Source: Candidatus Latescibacterota bacterium
GTDB lineage: Bacteria; Latescibacterota; UBA2968; GCA-2709665
Direction of reading: 5' to 3'
Assembly (NCBI GenBank): GCA_965208835.1
Contig: OZ242358.1
Coordinates: forward strand, 2,400,001-2,464,000
Length of the DNA: 64,000 nt
The notes under the pieces are model-generated. The model had not been told where the DNA came from and ran no database searches. It saw nothing but the letters and a program-made list of their open reading frames with translations. Within the stretch, counting starts at the first letter, position 1, and each line of letters starts with the position of its first letter. A program made the translations under genes and the position numbers. Shown one piece after another: positions 47,959 through 58,082 of this stretch.

Positions 47959-49971
47959 ATGGCTGAACCGAACAGGATTTCCACGCGGGGTCTGGCCCGT
48001 CTGGCGAGAAACCCCGTGGACGTGGCCGTCGAAGACCGCGGAACGACGGTTCGGGCGCTGATTTTCGGGCTGTGCCTGTCCCTGGTCATCAGCGTTCTGG
48101 GAAATGTCGTACGGTATATACTCCATTCGTCGTTTATGGCATACAGCCATATGCCGATGGGGAACCTGATTGTCTGGCTGCTGTCGATTCTGGTCTGTGC
48201 GGCGCTGGCGAGGGGGTTCGGCAGAGCGTTCGTATTCTCGACCAGTGAGTGGATTACGATCTTTGCAATGGGGTTTATCGCGTCGCTCGGCCCGACCTAC
48301 GGCGTGAGCGGTTACCTTGTGGGTGTCATCGTGACACCCTATTATTTCGCCACGCCCGAGAACCGTTGGGCCGAATTCCTGCATCCGTACCTCCCGGAGT
48401 GGATGATCCCCACCAACAAAGACGGGGCGATGACCTGGTTCTACGACGGTCTGCCCCATGGCGCACCCATTCCGTGGGAAGCCTGGACGATGCCCCTGTT
48501 CTGGTGGTTTACGTTCGTCTGTGCAGTCGCGCTCGCCTGTCTGTGTGCGTCGGTAATCATCCACAGGCAGTGGTCGGAGAACGAAAAGATCGTCTTTCCG
48601 GCGATGGAGCCCATTGTGGAGATGGCGGCGAACGCAGGCAGGGGCAGAGGATGGCTCCCGGAGTTCATGTCCGGCAAGGCCTTCTGGACAGGTTTTGCAA
48701 TCGTCTTCTTTGTCTTCAGCTGGAATATTATCGGGTGGTTCAAACCCGGTTTTCCTGTCTTCCCCACGGCGAGGGGAACCTGGATTCCACTGGGAAGAGC
48801 GTTCCCGCCTCAGTGGATCTTCGTCAGTACGGTGGTCATCTGTTTCTCCTATTTTGCAAGCCTCGAAGTGTTGTTCAGTCTCTGGTTCTTCGACCTGGTA
48901 TTCATCTTCGAGGGTGGGTTTCTGAACCGGCTCGGGGTCGAGGCGATTTCACCTCACTATATGACGGGGCGATACGCGTGGCAGATCTACGGGGCATTTA
49001 TCGGCATTGCCGTCTGGTGGCTGCTGGTTTCCCGGACCCATCTCTGGCAGGCGTTTCACAAGGCGCTCCGCCCCGAAAGCAGTCCTATTGACGACCGGCG
49101 CGAACTGATATCCTATCGGGCGGCGTTTATCTGGCTGGGCATCTCGACGGCTTATGCCGTCGCGTGGTTGTGGCAGGCGGGTATGGACCTGAAGGTCATC
49201 TGCCTGCTGATTCCTACGATGTTATTGATTTACTTCGGGGTGGCGAAGATTCTTGCCGAAACCGGTCACATATACATCGGCTCGGCAACGAGGGCGTGGT
49301 CTCTGACAACGGCGGCGCTTGGCGGCGCAAGCGCCGTCCCGGCGGCCAACCACGCGCTCATGTACCCGGCGTCCGTTTCGCTCAATCATTTTCGGGCGTA
49401 TACGTTTTCGCTGGGGATGCATCTGAACCGGCTGGGAGATTTTCTTGCCGGGGGCCACAGGTGGTTTTTTGGAGGGGTTTTCGGCGCCTTCGTCGTGGGC
49501 GTCGTGGGGTCCACCCTGTTTACGATTTGGCTGGGATATACAATCGGCGGGTACAACTTCCAGCCCAACTGGCTGATCATCCGCGCGGGTGTGGGCGGAT
49601 ACCAGCGAGGTGTGAACGATATCCTCTCGCCGGAACCGTCGGAGGTGGAGGACTATTGGTTTTTTCTGGTCGGTTTTGTCGTCATGTTGGCGTTGAATCT
49701 GCTGCGATACCGATTCAGCTGGTGGCCCGTTCACCCGGTCGGATTCGCAATTTCAGGGGCCTGGCTCACCAGGCTGACGAGTTTTACGCTATTCCTGGCG
49801 TGGCTGGTGAAATTCATCCTGCTGAAGCTGGTTGGCGCCGCGTTCTACAGGAAATCGCGGCCGTTTTTCATCGGAGCGTTGACGGCATATATTCTGGTTA
49901 CCACGCTGGGATTGATCGTCGACGCGGTATTCTTTGGCAAACAGGGGCACACGCTGCATAAGTGGTATTAA
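47959..49971 (+). CDS. Polytopic membrane protein, DUF6785/DUF6784-like putative transporter, paralog 1
   Basis: Many hydrophobic segments; PYYFATPENRW, RQWSENEK..FP, WWPVHPVG, RPFFIG; start may be 47935/47938. Confidence 0.7.
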   Translation: MAEPNRISTRGLARLARNPVDVAVEDRGTTVRALIFGLCLSLVISVLGNVVRYILHSSFMAYSHMPMGNLIVWLLSILVCAALARGFGRAFVFSTSEWITIFAMGFIASLGPTYGVSGYLVGVIVTPYYFATPENRWAEFLHPYLPEWMIPTNKDGAMTWFYDGLPHGAPIPWEAWTMPLFWWFTFVCAVALACLCASVIIHRQWSENEKIVFPAMEPIVEMAANAGRGRGWLPEFMSGKAFWTGFAIVFFVFSWNIIGWFKPGFPVFPTARGTWIPLGRAFPPQWIFVSTVVICFSYFASLEVLFSLWFFDLVFIFEGGFLNRLGVEAISPHYMTGRYAWQIYGAFIGIAVWWLLVSRTHLWQAFHKALRPESSPIDDRRELISYRAAFIWLGISTAYAVAWLWQAGMDLKVICLLIPTMLLIYFGVAKILAETGHIYIGSATRAWSLTTAALGGASAVPAANHALMYPASVSLNHFRAYTFSLGMHLNRLGDFLAGGHRWFFGGVFGAFVVGVVGSTLFTIWLGYTIGGYNFQPNWLIIRAGVGGYQRGVNDILSPEPSEVEDYWFFLVGFVVMLALNLLRYRFSWWPVHPVGFAISGAWLTRLTSFTLFLAWLVKFILLKLVGAAFYRKSRPFFIGALTAYILVTTLGLIVDAVFFGKQGHTLHKWY

Positions 49972-50040
49972 CGTCAGGGTTGTTCTGACGGGCCGCGAGG
50001 GTGGGCGACAACCTCTCTGGTCCATATCGGGGGCTGTTCG

Positions 50041-52044
50041 ATGCCTGAAAGCGGTGCGGCGGTTACGCAGGCCGCACAACCGGATAACGATACGTTCGCA
50101 GCAGCAGGCGACCGGCGCGTCACGCTTCGATCGATCGCATTCGGACTCTGTCTGGCGGTGGCGGTCAGCCTCCTGGCCAACACGGTACTCTATCTTGTTC
50201 ATGGCTCATTGATGGCCTACAGCCACATGCCCATGGGCAACCTGATTTTGACCATGCTGTCAATGGTCGTCTGTTCGGTACTGGCCTTTCGATTCGGAAG
50301 GCCCTTTGTGTTTTCGAGAACAGAGTGGCTTACCGTCTTCACCATGGGGTTCGTGAGTTCGCTTGGGCCCACGTATGGCGTGAGCGGATACCTGGTGGGC
50401 GTAATCGTCTCTCCGTACTATTTCGCCACGCCGGAAAACCGCTGGTCGGAGTTTTTGCATCCGTATCTTCCGGATTTTATCTTTCCCCAGAACAGGATGG
50501 GGGAGATGAGCTGGTTTTACAACGGATTGCCCCCCGACACGGCCGTGCCATGGGAAAGCTGGGCCGGGCCGCTTTTCTGGTGGTTCACGTTTATTGCGGC
50601 GGTGGCATTCGCCTGTTTTTGCGCGTCCATCATCATCCACCGCCAGTGGTCGGAATACGAAAAGCTCGTTTATCCGGCCATGGAGCCGATCGTGGAAATC
50701 GCAACCCAGGGAGGCTCCGGGAAGCGGTTGTTGCCGGAACTGATGCGGGGCCGGATGTTCTGGACAGGATTTTCAGTCAGCGCCTTCATCTACTGCTGGA
50801 ATATGATCGGCTGGTTTTTCCCGGCCTTTCCGAGTTTTCGCATGACGCCGGGTTGGTACCTTCCTCTGGCCAGGGACTTTCCCGCCCTTTGGATTTCATT
50901 CAACACGTTTGTGATCTGCTTTGCCTATTTCGCCAGTCTCGAAGTCCTGTTCAGTCTCTGGTTCTTTGACCTCTTCTTCGTGGTTGAATCGGGAATCCTG
51001 ACGCGGCTGGGAATGCCGTCCTGGCATTCCTACCGTTCTGCCGGACCGTATACGTGGCAGACCGCCGGCGCGTTCGTCTGTCTGGCCGTTTTCTGGGTGC
51101 TGATTTCGCGGCGTCATCTCAGGGATGCGTTTATGAAAGCGCTGAATCCACGCAGCGAACATATAGACGACAGCCGCGAACTCATTTCCTACCGTGCCGC
51201 GTTTCTGGGGCTGGGCATCGCCTGCTGTTACGCCATCGCCTGGCTGTGGAATGCCGGAATGGATACCGGCGTGATTGCGCTGACGATACCGACCATGTTT
51301 CTCGTCTACCTGGCGATGGGGAAGATTCTGGCGGATTCAGGGCTGGTTTTTCTGAGTTCGCCGACGTCGGCCCGGAGCCTTGTACAGGCTGCGTTCGGGG
51401 GGCCCAGGGGCATACCGGCGGCGACCCACGCCATATTCTACCCGACCGCGGTGGCATTGAGCCATTTCAAGGGAACCATATTCACATTCGGCATGCATGC
51501 CAACCGGCTGGGCGATTTCGTCACAGGCAACAAGAGACGGTTGTTCTGGTCCGTATGCGCCGCGTTTCTGGTGGGGCTGGTGGCGTCCACCCTGTACGTC
51601 GTCTGGCTCGGATACACGGTCGGCGGATACAATTTCGAGCCGAACTGGCTGGTGACGCGGGCCGGACACAGCGGTTTCCAGGGTGCGGTCAGCGACATCA
51701 TCTCTCCCAAACCGATGCAGTCCAGCGAGTATGTGTTCTTCATCGTCGGTGTGATCGCCATGGGGGTAATCACGTTCATGCGTTACCGGTTCACGTGGTG
51801 GCCGTTTCATCCCATCGGATTTGCGCTTTCCGGGTCCGCCCTTTCACACCTGACGGGATTTACGATTTTTCTGGCGTGGAGCCTGAAGGCGATTCTGCTG
51901 CGTTTTTTCGGCGCCGCGTTCTATCGGCGTTCGCGGCCGTTTTTCATCGGCCTCCTGATCGGGTACGTCTTTGCGATAGCGCTTGGACTCGTTCTGGACG
52001 CCGTCTGGTTCATGCCGCAGGGCCACAGAATCCATGTGTATTGA
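50041..52044 (+). CDS. Polytopic membrane protein, DUF6785/DUF6784-like putative transporter, paralog 2
   Basis: Collinear paralog of the preceding gene (SHMPMGNL, GPTYGVSGYLVG, WWPFHPIG). Confidence 0.7.
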   Translation: MPESGAAVTQAAQPDNDTFAAAGDRRVTLRSIAFGLCLAVAVSLLANTVLYLVHGSLMAYSHMPMGNLILTMLSMVVCSVLAFRFGRPFVFSRTEWLTVFTMGFVSSLGPTYGVSGYLVGVIVSPYYFATPENRWSEFLHPYLPDFIFPQNRMGEMSWFYNGLPPDTAVPWESWAGPLFWWFTFIAAVAFACFCASIIIHRQWSEYEKLVYPAMEPIVEIATQGGSGKRLLPELMRGRMFWTGFSVSAFIYCWNMIGWFFPAFPSFRMTPGWYLPLARDFPALWISFNTFVICFAYFASLEVLFSLWFFDLFFVVESGILTRLGMPSWHSYRSAGPYTWQTAGAFVCLAVFWVLISRRHLRDAFMKALNPRSEHIDDSRELISYRAAFLGLGIACCYAIAWLWNAGMDTGVIALTIPTMFLVYLAMGKILADSGLVFLSSPTSARSLVQAAFGGPRGIPAATHAIFYPTAVALSHFKGTIFTFGMHANRLGDFVTGNKRRLFWSVCAAFLVGLVASTLYVVWLGYTVGGYNFEPNWLVTRAGHSGFQGAVSDIISPKPMQSSEYVFFIVGVIAMGVITFMRYRFTWWPFHPIGFALSGSALSHLTGFTIFLAWSLKAILLRFFGAAFYRRSRPFFIGLLIGYVFAIALGLVLDAVWFMPQGHRIHVY

Positions 52045-52094
52045 CGTCAATTCGAGAAGAGATAAGCGGAAAATTGGCCACAAAAGCTTGAGTG

Positions 52095-52393
52095 CGGGTA
52101 GAGGGAAGAGGTGAGAAAATCGGGTAGACGCAAGACGTAAGGCGGTAGACCAAGAGCGGTGAGACGGGAGCCGGTAGACGGTAGAAGAAATGCGGGGAGA
52201 CGTTAGAGGGAAGACGGTAGATGAAGTCCTTGCCCGATATTTCGTAACTTCATGCCTTCGGCACGAAAAGAACCCTCACAAGGCAGGAAATCTCTCCCGT
52301 CTTGCGTCTCCCCTCTCACCCGGTGGTGGGGCGGGATGTGGTCCTCTCCCCCTCTCCCCGCTTCTGAGAGGCCGGAGGGGGGAAGTCCCGTAA
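52095..52393 (+). repeat. Heptamer-rich dispersed element, copy 2, with extra degenerate 7-mer tract
   Basis: GGTAGAC/GGGAGAC/GCAAGAC-type 7-mers at 52095-52220; 52189-52393 homologous to the reverse complement of 17727-17891. Confidence 0.8.
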
Positions 52394-52409
52394 AATAAGG
52401 AGAAATGTA

Positions 52410-53456
52410 ATGCCAAAAGGTATTCGCAAGGTAGCGGCCAGAGACGGCGCCGGTCGGATTGTTGTGATCGAGGAGCCGATTCCACGGCCGGGCCCCGGAC
52501 AGCTTCAGGTCGAGGTACGGGCGAGTTTCGTCAGTCCGGGCACAGAGCTCGGCGGCATGAAGAGGATTCGCGAACAACCGGGAGACGCTCCGCCCCGCCC
52601 GTTCGGGTATTCCAACTCCGGCGTCGTGATCGGTCATGGAGAAGGGTGCGACGATGTTCCAAAGGGTACCCGGGTGGCCTGCATGGGCGGCGGTTACGCC
52701 CAGCACGCGAGTCACGTCTGCGTACCCCGGAATATGGCCGTCCCGATGCCCGATGCCGTGCACTTTGAGGATGCGTCGTCCATTCATCTGGTCGCGACGG
52801 CGTTGAACGCCGTTCGCCGCGCCGAGTTGACGCTGGGCGAATACATCGCGGTGGTAGGACTCGGGCCGGTGGGGCAGTTCGCCAGTCAGTGGGCGCGGCT
52901 TGCCGGCTGTCACACGCTAGCACTGGACAGGCTCCCGATGCGTCTTTCGGCGGCGAAGAAGACCGGCGTGGACCGCATCGTGAACGTGAGCGAGGAGGAC
53001 CCCGTCGAGGCGTCACGGGATTTTACACGGGGATATGGTCTGGATGCGGGCATACTGGCATTTGGCGGCGACGGGACCGAGGCGTTCAAAACGATCGTGG
53101 CGATGATGAAGCGGGCGCCCGATACCCACCAGATGGGCAGGATCACGATCGTCGGCGGGGCGAAGATCGAGCACGTCTTCGCATCGGGGCTGGGTAACCT
53201 GGACGTACGGAGCGCTGCCCGGACGGGACCGGGATACCACGATGAGGCCTGGGAACACGGAAGGGACTATCCGCCCGTGTTCATGCAATGGACCACAAGG
53301 CGGAACCTCGAGGAGTGTCTCGAATTCATGGCGTCCGGCGGAATGCTCGTCGAACCGTTGATCACGCACCGGGTCGGGCTTTCCGATGCGCCGGAGGCCT
53401 GTGAAGACCTCATTCAGCGACCTAACGAAGCGCTTGGCGTGGTACTGTTGCCTTAG
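52410..53456 (+). CDS. MDR (zinc-binding alcohol dehydrogenase-like) oxidoreductase
   Basis: SPGTE, GYSNSG, HASH, VVGLGPVG, LITHR. Confidence 0.85.
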   Translation: MPKGIRKVAARDGAGRIVVIEEPIPRPGPGQLQVEVRASFVSPGTELGGMKRIREQPGDAPPRPFGYSNSGVVIGHGEGCDDVPKGTRVACMGGGYAQHASHVCVPRNMAVPMPDAVHFEDASSIHLVATALNAVRRAELTLGEYIAVVGLGPVGQFASQWARLAGCHTLALDRLPMRLSAAKKTGVDRIVNVSEEDPVEASRDFTRGYGLDAGILAFGGDGTEAFKTIVAMMKRAPDTHQMGRITIVGGAKIEHVFASGLGNLDVRSAARTGPGYHDEAWEHGRDYPPVFMQWTTRRNLEECLEFMASGGMLVEPLITHRVGLSDAPEACEDLIQRPNEALGVVLLP

Positions 53457-53492
53457 TCCACAGGAAACCACGAAGAAAAAGGGGAATCGCAA

Positions 53493-54575
53493 ATGTCTGA
53501 TAAACGGTATCGAGGCGGTGCGATCGGCCGGACGGGCCGCGGCAATTACGGACACGGCCTTCATCTGGGACTGGCCGGTGCGGACGCGGTGGACCTGGTG
53601 GCCCTGGCGGACCCGGACCCGCGGGGGCGGCGTGAAGCGGCCGAGGCGGTTGGCGTGGAACGGACCTACGAAGACTACCGGGAGATGCTGGACAAGGAAG
53701 CGCTGCAGATTGTAACAGTGGGACCCCGCTGGGTGGATTGTCATGAAGAGATGGTACTGGCGTGCGTGGACGCGGGCTGCCACGTCTACTGCGAAAAGCC
53801 GATGGCCCACAGCCTGGCGTCGGCCGACCGCATGGTGGACGCGGCGGAACGGGCGGGCGTCAAGCTGGCCGTGGCGCATCAGGGCGTCTATCTGCCTCAG
53901 GTTCAGGCAGCAAAACGCATGCTGGACGCCGGCCACATAGGTCCGTTGCAGGCGATTTACGCAACCGGAAAGCAGGACCATCGCGGCGGCGGCGAGGATA
54001 TGATCGTCCTGGGTACGCATCTGTTCAATCTGATGCGGTTCCTGGCCGGCGACGTGGCCTGGATGAGCGCTCAGGTCACGGTGGGCGACCGGGAACTGCG
54101 TCCGGGGGATGCCCGCGAGGCGGCGGAACCCGTTGGACTGATCGCAGGTGACCGCATACACAGCTGCTTCGCGTTTGAGAACGGCGCCGCCGGGTATTTT
54201 GTATCCCGGGCGGATCAGCCCGGTAACGGGGAGTGTTTCGGCCTGGAACTGGTGGGGCGGGATGGAAGGTTTATGATGCGGGGCGGGGCGCCAACCCTGA
54301 TTGCCGCTTATCCGTACAGCGTATGGCTTCCGGAGGACGAAACCCGGGTCTGGAACGTGCTGGATCTGGAAACCGTTCCATTCGCCGACGGAAACCGGTT
54401 GGCGGTTCTGGACCTGATCGAAGCGATCGAGCACGACCGGCAGCCCCTCTCCAGCGGTGTGGATGCGGTGAAGGCCCTGGAAATGGTGCTGGGAGCTTAT
54501 GCATCGCAGATTTCGGGCGCCCGGGTGGCGTTTCCGATGTCCGACCGGACCCACCCGCTGGAAGGACATGCATAG
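53493..54575 (+). CDS. Gfo/Idh/MocA family oxidoreductase
   Basis: GRTGRGNYGHGL, CEKPMA, GGGEDMIVLGTH. Confidence 0.92.
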   Translation: MSDKRYRGGAIGRTGRGNYGHGLHLGLAGADAVDLVALADPDPRGRREAAEAVGVERTYEDYREMLDKEALQIVTVGPRWVDCHEEMVLACVDAGCHVYCEKPMAHSLASADRMVDAAERAGVKLAVAHQGVYLPQVQAAKRMLDAGHIGPLQAIYATGKQDHRGGGEDMIVLGTHLFNLMRFLAGDVAWMSAQVTVGDRELRPGDAREAAEPVGLIAGDRIHSCFAFENGAAGYFVSRADQPGNGECFGLELVGRDGRFMMRGGAPTLIAAYPYSVWLPEDETRVWNVLDLETVPFADGNRLAVLDLIEAIEHDRQPLSSGVDAVKALEMVLGAYASQISGARVAFPMSDRTHPLEGHA

Positions 54576-54677
54576 CCCGAACCGCGAATCCAACAGATTC
54601 ACCGCTGATGAAGGCCTGCCGGGATGAACGGAAGCCGGTTCAATCCGGATTGAGCCGCCTGCTCAAGTTCGGATGCG

Positions 54678-54706
54678 TTGGACATACAGCGGGATTGTCG
54701 TATATT
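54678..54706 (+). promoter_or_regulatory. Sigma-70 promoter candidate for the PAC2 gene
   Basis: TTGGAC, 17 nt, TATATT (54701-54706). Confidence 0.45.
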
Positions 54707-54776
54707 ATCGTGAGCGGATCCGGTTTGACCCGAACTGCAACGATTTCCGGGCTGCCAGGCGGGAGGTGGAATCAAG

Positions 54777-55739
54777 ATGAATGCAAGAATAACCAAAGAC
54801 ATCTCGGATCGGATGCGCCCTTCGGTCATGCTGGCGGCATGGCCGGGTATGGGAAGCGTAGGCGTCGGGGCATTGGATTACCTGCGACGGAAACTCGACG
54901 CGATGCCGTTCGCGGAGATTGACATGAGCGAGTATTTCGCCCCGGAGGCGGTGGTTGTGGAAAAGGGACTCGCCCGGTCGTTTTCGGACTTGCCGAGCCA
55001 TGTGTTCTACTACGTTGAAGAACCACCGTTGATCATATCCGAAAGTGAAGCGCAGATACCGGGCATGGGAGGCACGGTCCTCATGGGCCATATGCTCGAC
55101 CTCGCACAGCGGTTCAAGGTGGAAACCATCTACACCGGTGCGGCGTACGCAATGCCCATCAGCCACAACGAACGCGTTCAGGTCCTCGGCGCGGCCAACC
55201 AGGAGGCCTTGCGCGATGCGCTTGAGCAGTACGGCGTGGAAATCCTGCAGGAAGGACACATCGCCGGGCTGAACGGGCTGTTGCTGGGAACGGCCGGGCT
55301 TCGAAACATCCGTGCGGCATGCCTGTTGGCGACAATGCCGATGTACGCCCAGATGATGCCGAATCCGAAAGCGTCCCGAGAGATCGTCCGCGTCTGGGCT
55401 AAAATGCTGGACCTGGATGTGAACATGGAGGAAATCGACCAGGCGGTGGAACGCATGGACGATACCATGTCCCAGATAGAAGAAAAGATTCGCACCACCT
55501 TCTCCACCATGGAACACGAGAACGAGGACGAAATCGAACTCGAGGAAGTGGACGAGGAACAGGTGCCTCAGGTCGTCATGGAGCGGATCGAGCGCCTGTT
55601 TGGAGAGGTCGAACACGACACGTCCAAGGAGAAGGCCGCACTGTTGAAGCGTGAACTGGACCGCTGGAACCTCTACGGACTCTACGAGGACCGGTTCCTG
55701 GGGCTGTTTCGAAAGGACAGCGGCTCCGGTCGAGGTTAA
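54777..55739 (+). CDS. PAC2 (proteasome assembly chaperone) family protein
   Basis: LAAWPGMGSVG..A.DYL, G.IAGLNGLLLG, ACLLATMP.Y...PNPKAS; acidic C-terminal extension. Confidence 0.8.
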   Translation: MNARITKDISDRMRPSVMLAAWPGMGSVGVGALDYLRRKLDAMPFAEIDMSEYFAPEAVVVEKGLARSFSDLPSHVFYYVEEPPLIISESEAQIPGMGGTVLMGHMLDLAQRFKVETIYTGAAYAMPISHNERVQVLGAANQEALRDALEQYGVEILQEGHIAGLNGLLLGTAGLRNIRAACLLATMPMYAQMMPNPKASREIVRVWAKMLDLDVNMEEIDQAVERMDDTMSQIEEKIRTTFSTMEHENEDEIELEEVDEEQVPQVVMERIERLFGEVEHDTSKEKAALLKRELDRWNLYGLYEDRFLGLFRKDSGSGRG

Positions 55740-55776
55740 GCAGTCACCCGCCTGCCATTCTATCGTTTACCAGATT

Positions 55777-55936
55777 TCAGTGTTCTGGCCCATAAATAGG
55801 GTGCCTGAATTCGGCCGTCGAGTCGCCCGGCTCGCAAGGCGCCACCGACCTGCGTAGGGTCTGCGAGCGAAGGCAACGCAGCGAGACGGGATGAATCGGC
55901 GGTCGAATAGTGAGAAATTTATGGGACAGGACACTT
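55777..55936 (-). mobile_element. MITE family A, copy 3 (inverted)
   Basis: Reverse complement aligns along its length with 25397-25557; ends TCAGTGTTCTGGCCC / GGGACAGGACACTT. Confidence 0.85.
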
Positions 55937-56070
55937 CGTGACGATTTCCGGATTCATCGGTCCGGATCTCACGAGCCGATTGCCCCGCGTCAATCCGCTG
56001 AATCCTGCCTGCGGCAGATCCGGCCGCCGCGTTTCAACCCGTCACAACCGCAGCATATAAGGAGACTAAT

Positions 56071-57147
56071 GTGTATCCGGAACCTGCCGACAGTTCCCTG
56101 TTGAAAATCGATCTGTACAGCGATACGGCAACCATACCGACCCGCGGAATGCGCGAGTTCATGTGCGCGGCGGAAGTCGGCGATGAGCAGCGCGGCGAAG
56201 ACCCGTCCGTGAATGAGCTGCAGGAGACGGTGGCGGGAATGCTGGACAAGGAAGCCGCACTGCTGCTGCCGTCCGGCACGATGTGCAACCAGATCGCCTT
56301 TGCGGTGCATTGCCGCCCCGGCGATATGGTTCTGATTGAAAGGAACGCCCACCCCCTGCATTCCGAAGCGGGCGGCGCGGCGGTTCTCTCAAGCGCAACC
56401 CTGTACCCGGTCGACGGGGACAAGGGGCAGTTTACAGCGGAACACGTGGCGGAGGAGGTTCAGCCCGCGACCCGCTACTGGCCCGGCTTTCGCCTCGTGG
56501 CGGTGGAACAGACCACGAACCGGCCGGGTGGGCGCGTCTGGCCGTTGGAGCAGATGCGCGAGGTGTGCGATGCGGCGCACGAGCGTGACCTGCAGACGCA
56601 CATGGACGGCGCCCGCCTGTTCAATGCGGTCGTTGCGTCCGGAGTCTCGGCGCGGGACTACGCGGCGACGTTCGACTCTCTCTGGATCGATCTCAGCAAG
56701 GGGCTGGGTGCGCCTATCGGGGGTGTGTTGGCCGGCTCGAGGGGTTTCATCGAAGCCGCATGGCAGTGGAAGCAGAGGATCGGCGGCGCCATGCGGCAGG
56801 CTGGCTTTGTGGCGGCAGCGGGGATATACGCGTTAAGGCACAATATAGAACGGCTGGCGGAGGACCATGCCAATGCCAGGAGGCTGGCGGTCGGTATATC
56901 GGATGCGCCCGGCATCCAGGTGAATCCGGACGAAGTCGAAACCAATATGGTGAAGTTCGATATGAGCGGGACGGGAGTGAGTTCGAAGGAGTTCGCAAGC
57001 CGGCTGCTTGCCGAGTGGGGTGTCCGGGTGAGTACGCCTGGGCCCACGGCCATCCGAGCCATACCGTACCTCGGCATCAGCCGTGACGACGTCGACGAGG
57101 CCACGCGCGCGGTCTGCTCGCTTGCCGAGGAACTGGCGCAGAACTGA
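56071..57147 (+). CDS. ltaE: Low-specificity L-threonine aldolase
   Basis: DLYSDT.T.PT, SGTMCN, HMDGARLFNA, LSKGLGAP, GGAMRQAG, EDHANA. Confidence 0.9.
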   Translation: MYPEPADSSLLKIDLYSDTATIPTRGMREFMCAAEVGDEQRGEDPSVNELQETVAGMLDKEAALLLPSGTMCNQIAFAVHCRPGDMVLIERNAHPLHSEAGGAAVLSSATLYPVDGDKGQFTAEHVAEEVQPATRYWPGFRLVAVEQTTNRPGGRVWPLEQMREVCDAAHERDLQTHMDGARLFNAVVASGVSARDYAATFDSLWIDLSKGLGAPIGGVLAGSRGFIEAAWQWKQRIGGAMRQAGFVAAAGIYALRHNIERLAEDHANARRLAVGISDAPGIQVNPDEVETNMVKFDMSGTGVSSKEFASRLLAEWGVRVSTPGPTAIRAIPYLGISRDDVDEATRAVCSLAEELAQN

Positions 57148-57239
57148 TCAATGACTCACCATCATCGTGTAGCGGCGTTCCTCGAAGGCGCCCGGCTAAA
57201 ATTGCACATGTCGGCGGCATGCCGGCAGCCTGATTCCAT

Positions 57240-58058
57240 ATGCGCACAATCGATCCTCACGTTCACGTCTGGGTGAACGACCCGGCGTACCCCTGGGCGC
57301 CGGACAATCCGAATCCGCCCGCGGAAGATGCGTCCTGCGAGCAGTTGCTCGCACAGATGGCGCGGCACGGTACGGACAGGACCGTACTTGTGCAGGTGAT
57401 CCACTACAAGTGGGACAACCGGTACGCGGGCGATTGTTTGAAGAAATACCCCGATCGCTTCGAAGGCGTCTGTCGCGTGGACCCGGAGAGTCCGGCCGCG
57501 GCCGACGATCTGAGCCGATGGGTGGAGGAGTACGGATTCCGGGGCGTTCGGTTGAGCCCGTGGCCCGGTCCCGAAGGAGACTGGTTTAAGCGCCCGGACC
57601 TGGATGCCCTGTGGCGGCGCACGCGCGACCTGAAGGTGCCGATGTGCATCCTGACGGCGCAGGAGCGTCTGCCGGACCTGGAGCGCTGGATTCAGAGATA
57701 CGAAGACGTGCAGGTCTGCGTGGACCACATGGCATGGCCGCCGGTCGACCGGCCGGATAGCGCCGCGAATCTGCTGCGACTCGCACGATATCCGGAGGTG
57801 TACGTGAAAATATCGGGCACCTGGGCCGTTTCTCGCGAACCCTATCCGTACCGGGACACCCACGCCGTCGTCAAACAGGTTTACGACGCATTCGGGCCGG
57901 AACGGCTCATGTGGGGCACCGACTGGCCCCTCGTCGAACAGAAGTGCGGCTACGCCGGTGCGCTGGATCTGGTCAGGAGAGAGTTTGCGTTTCTGAGCGA
58001 CGCGGACAGGGAATGGATTCTGGGCGGGACCGTACTCAGGCTCTGGCCGTTCGACTGA
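57240..58058 (+). CDS. Amidohydrolase_2 family protein (lactonase-like)
   Basis: IDPHVHVW, VDHM, VKISG, RLMWGTDWP. Confidence 0.9.
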   Translation: MRTIDPHVHVWVNDPAYPWAPDNPNPPAEDASCEQLLAQMARHGTDRTVLVQVIHYKWDNRYAGDCLKKYPDRFEGVCRVDPESPAAADDLSRWVEEYGFRGVRLSPWPGPEGDWFKRPDLDALWRRTRDLKVPMCILTAQERLPDLERWIQRYEDVQVCVDHMAWPPVDRPDSAANLLRLARYPEVYVKISGTWAVSREPYPYRDTHAVVKQVYDAFGPERLMWGTDWPLVEQKCGYAGALDLVRREFAFLSDADREWILGGTVLRLWPFD

Positions 58059-58082
58059 CGGACGGACACACGGGAGGCGTCC

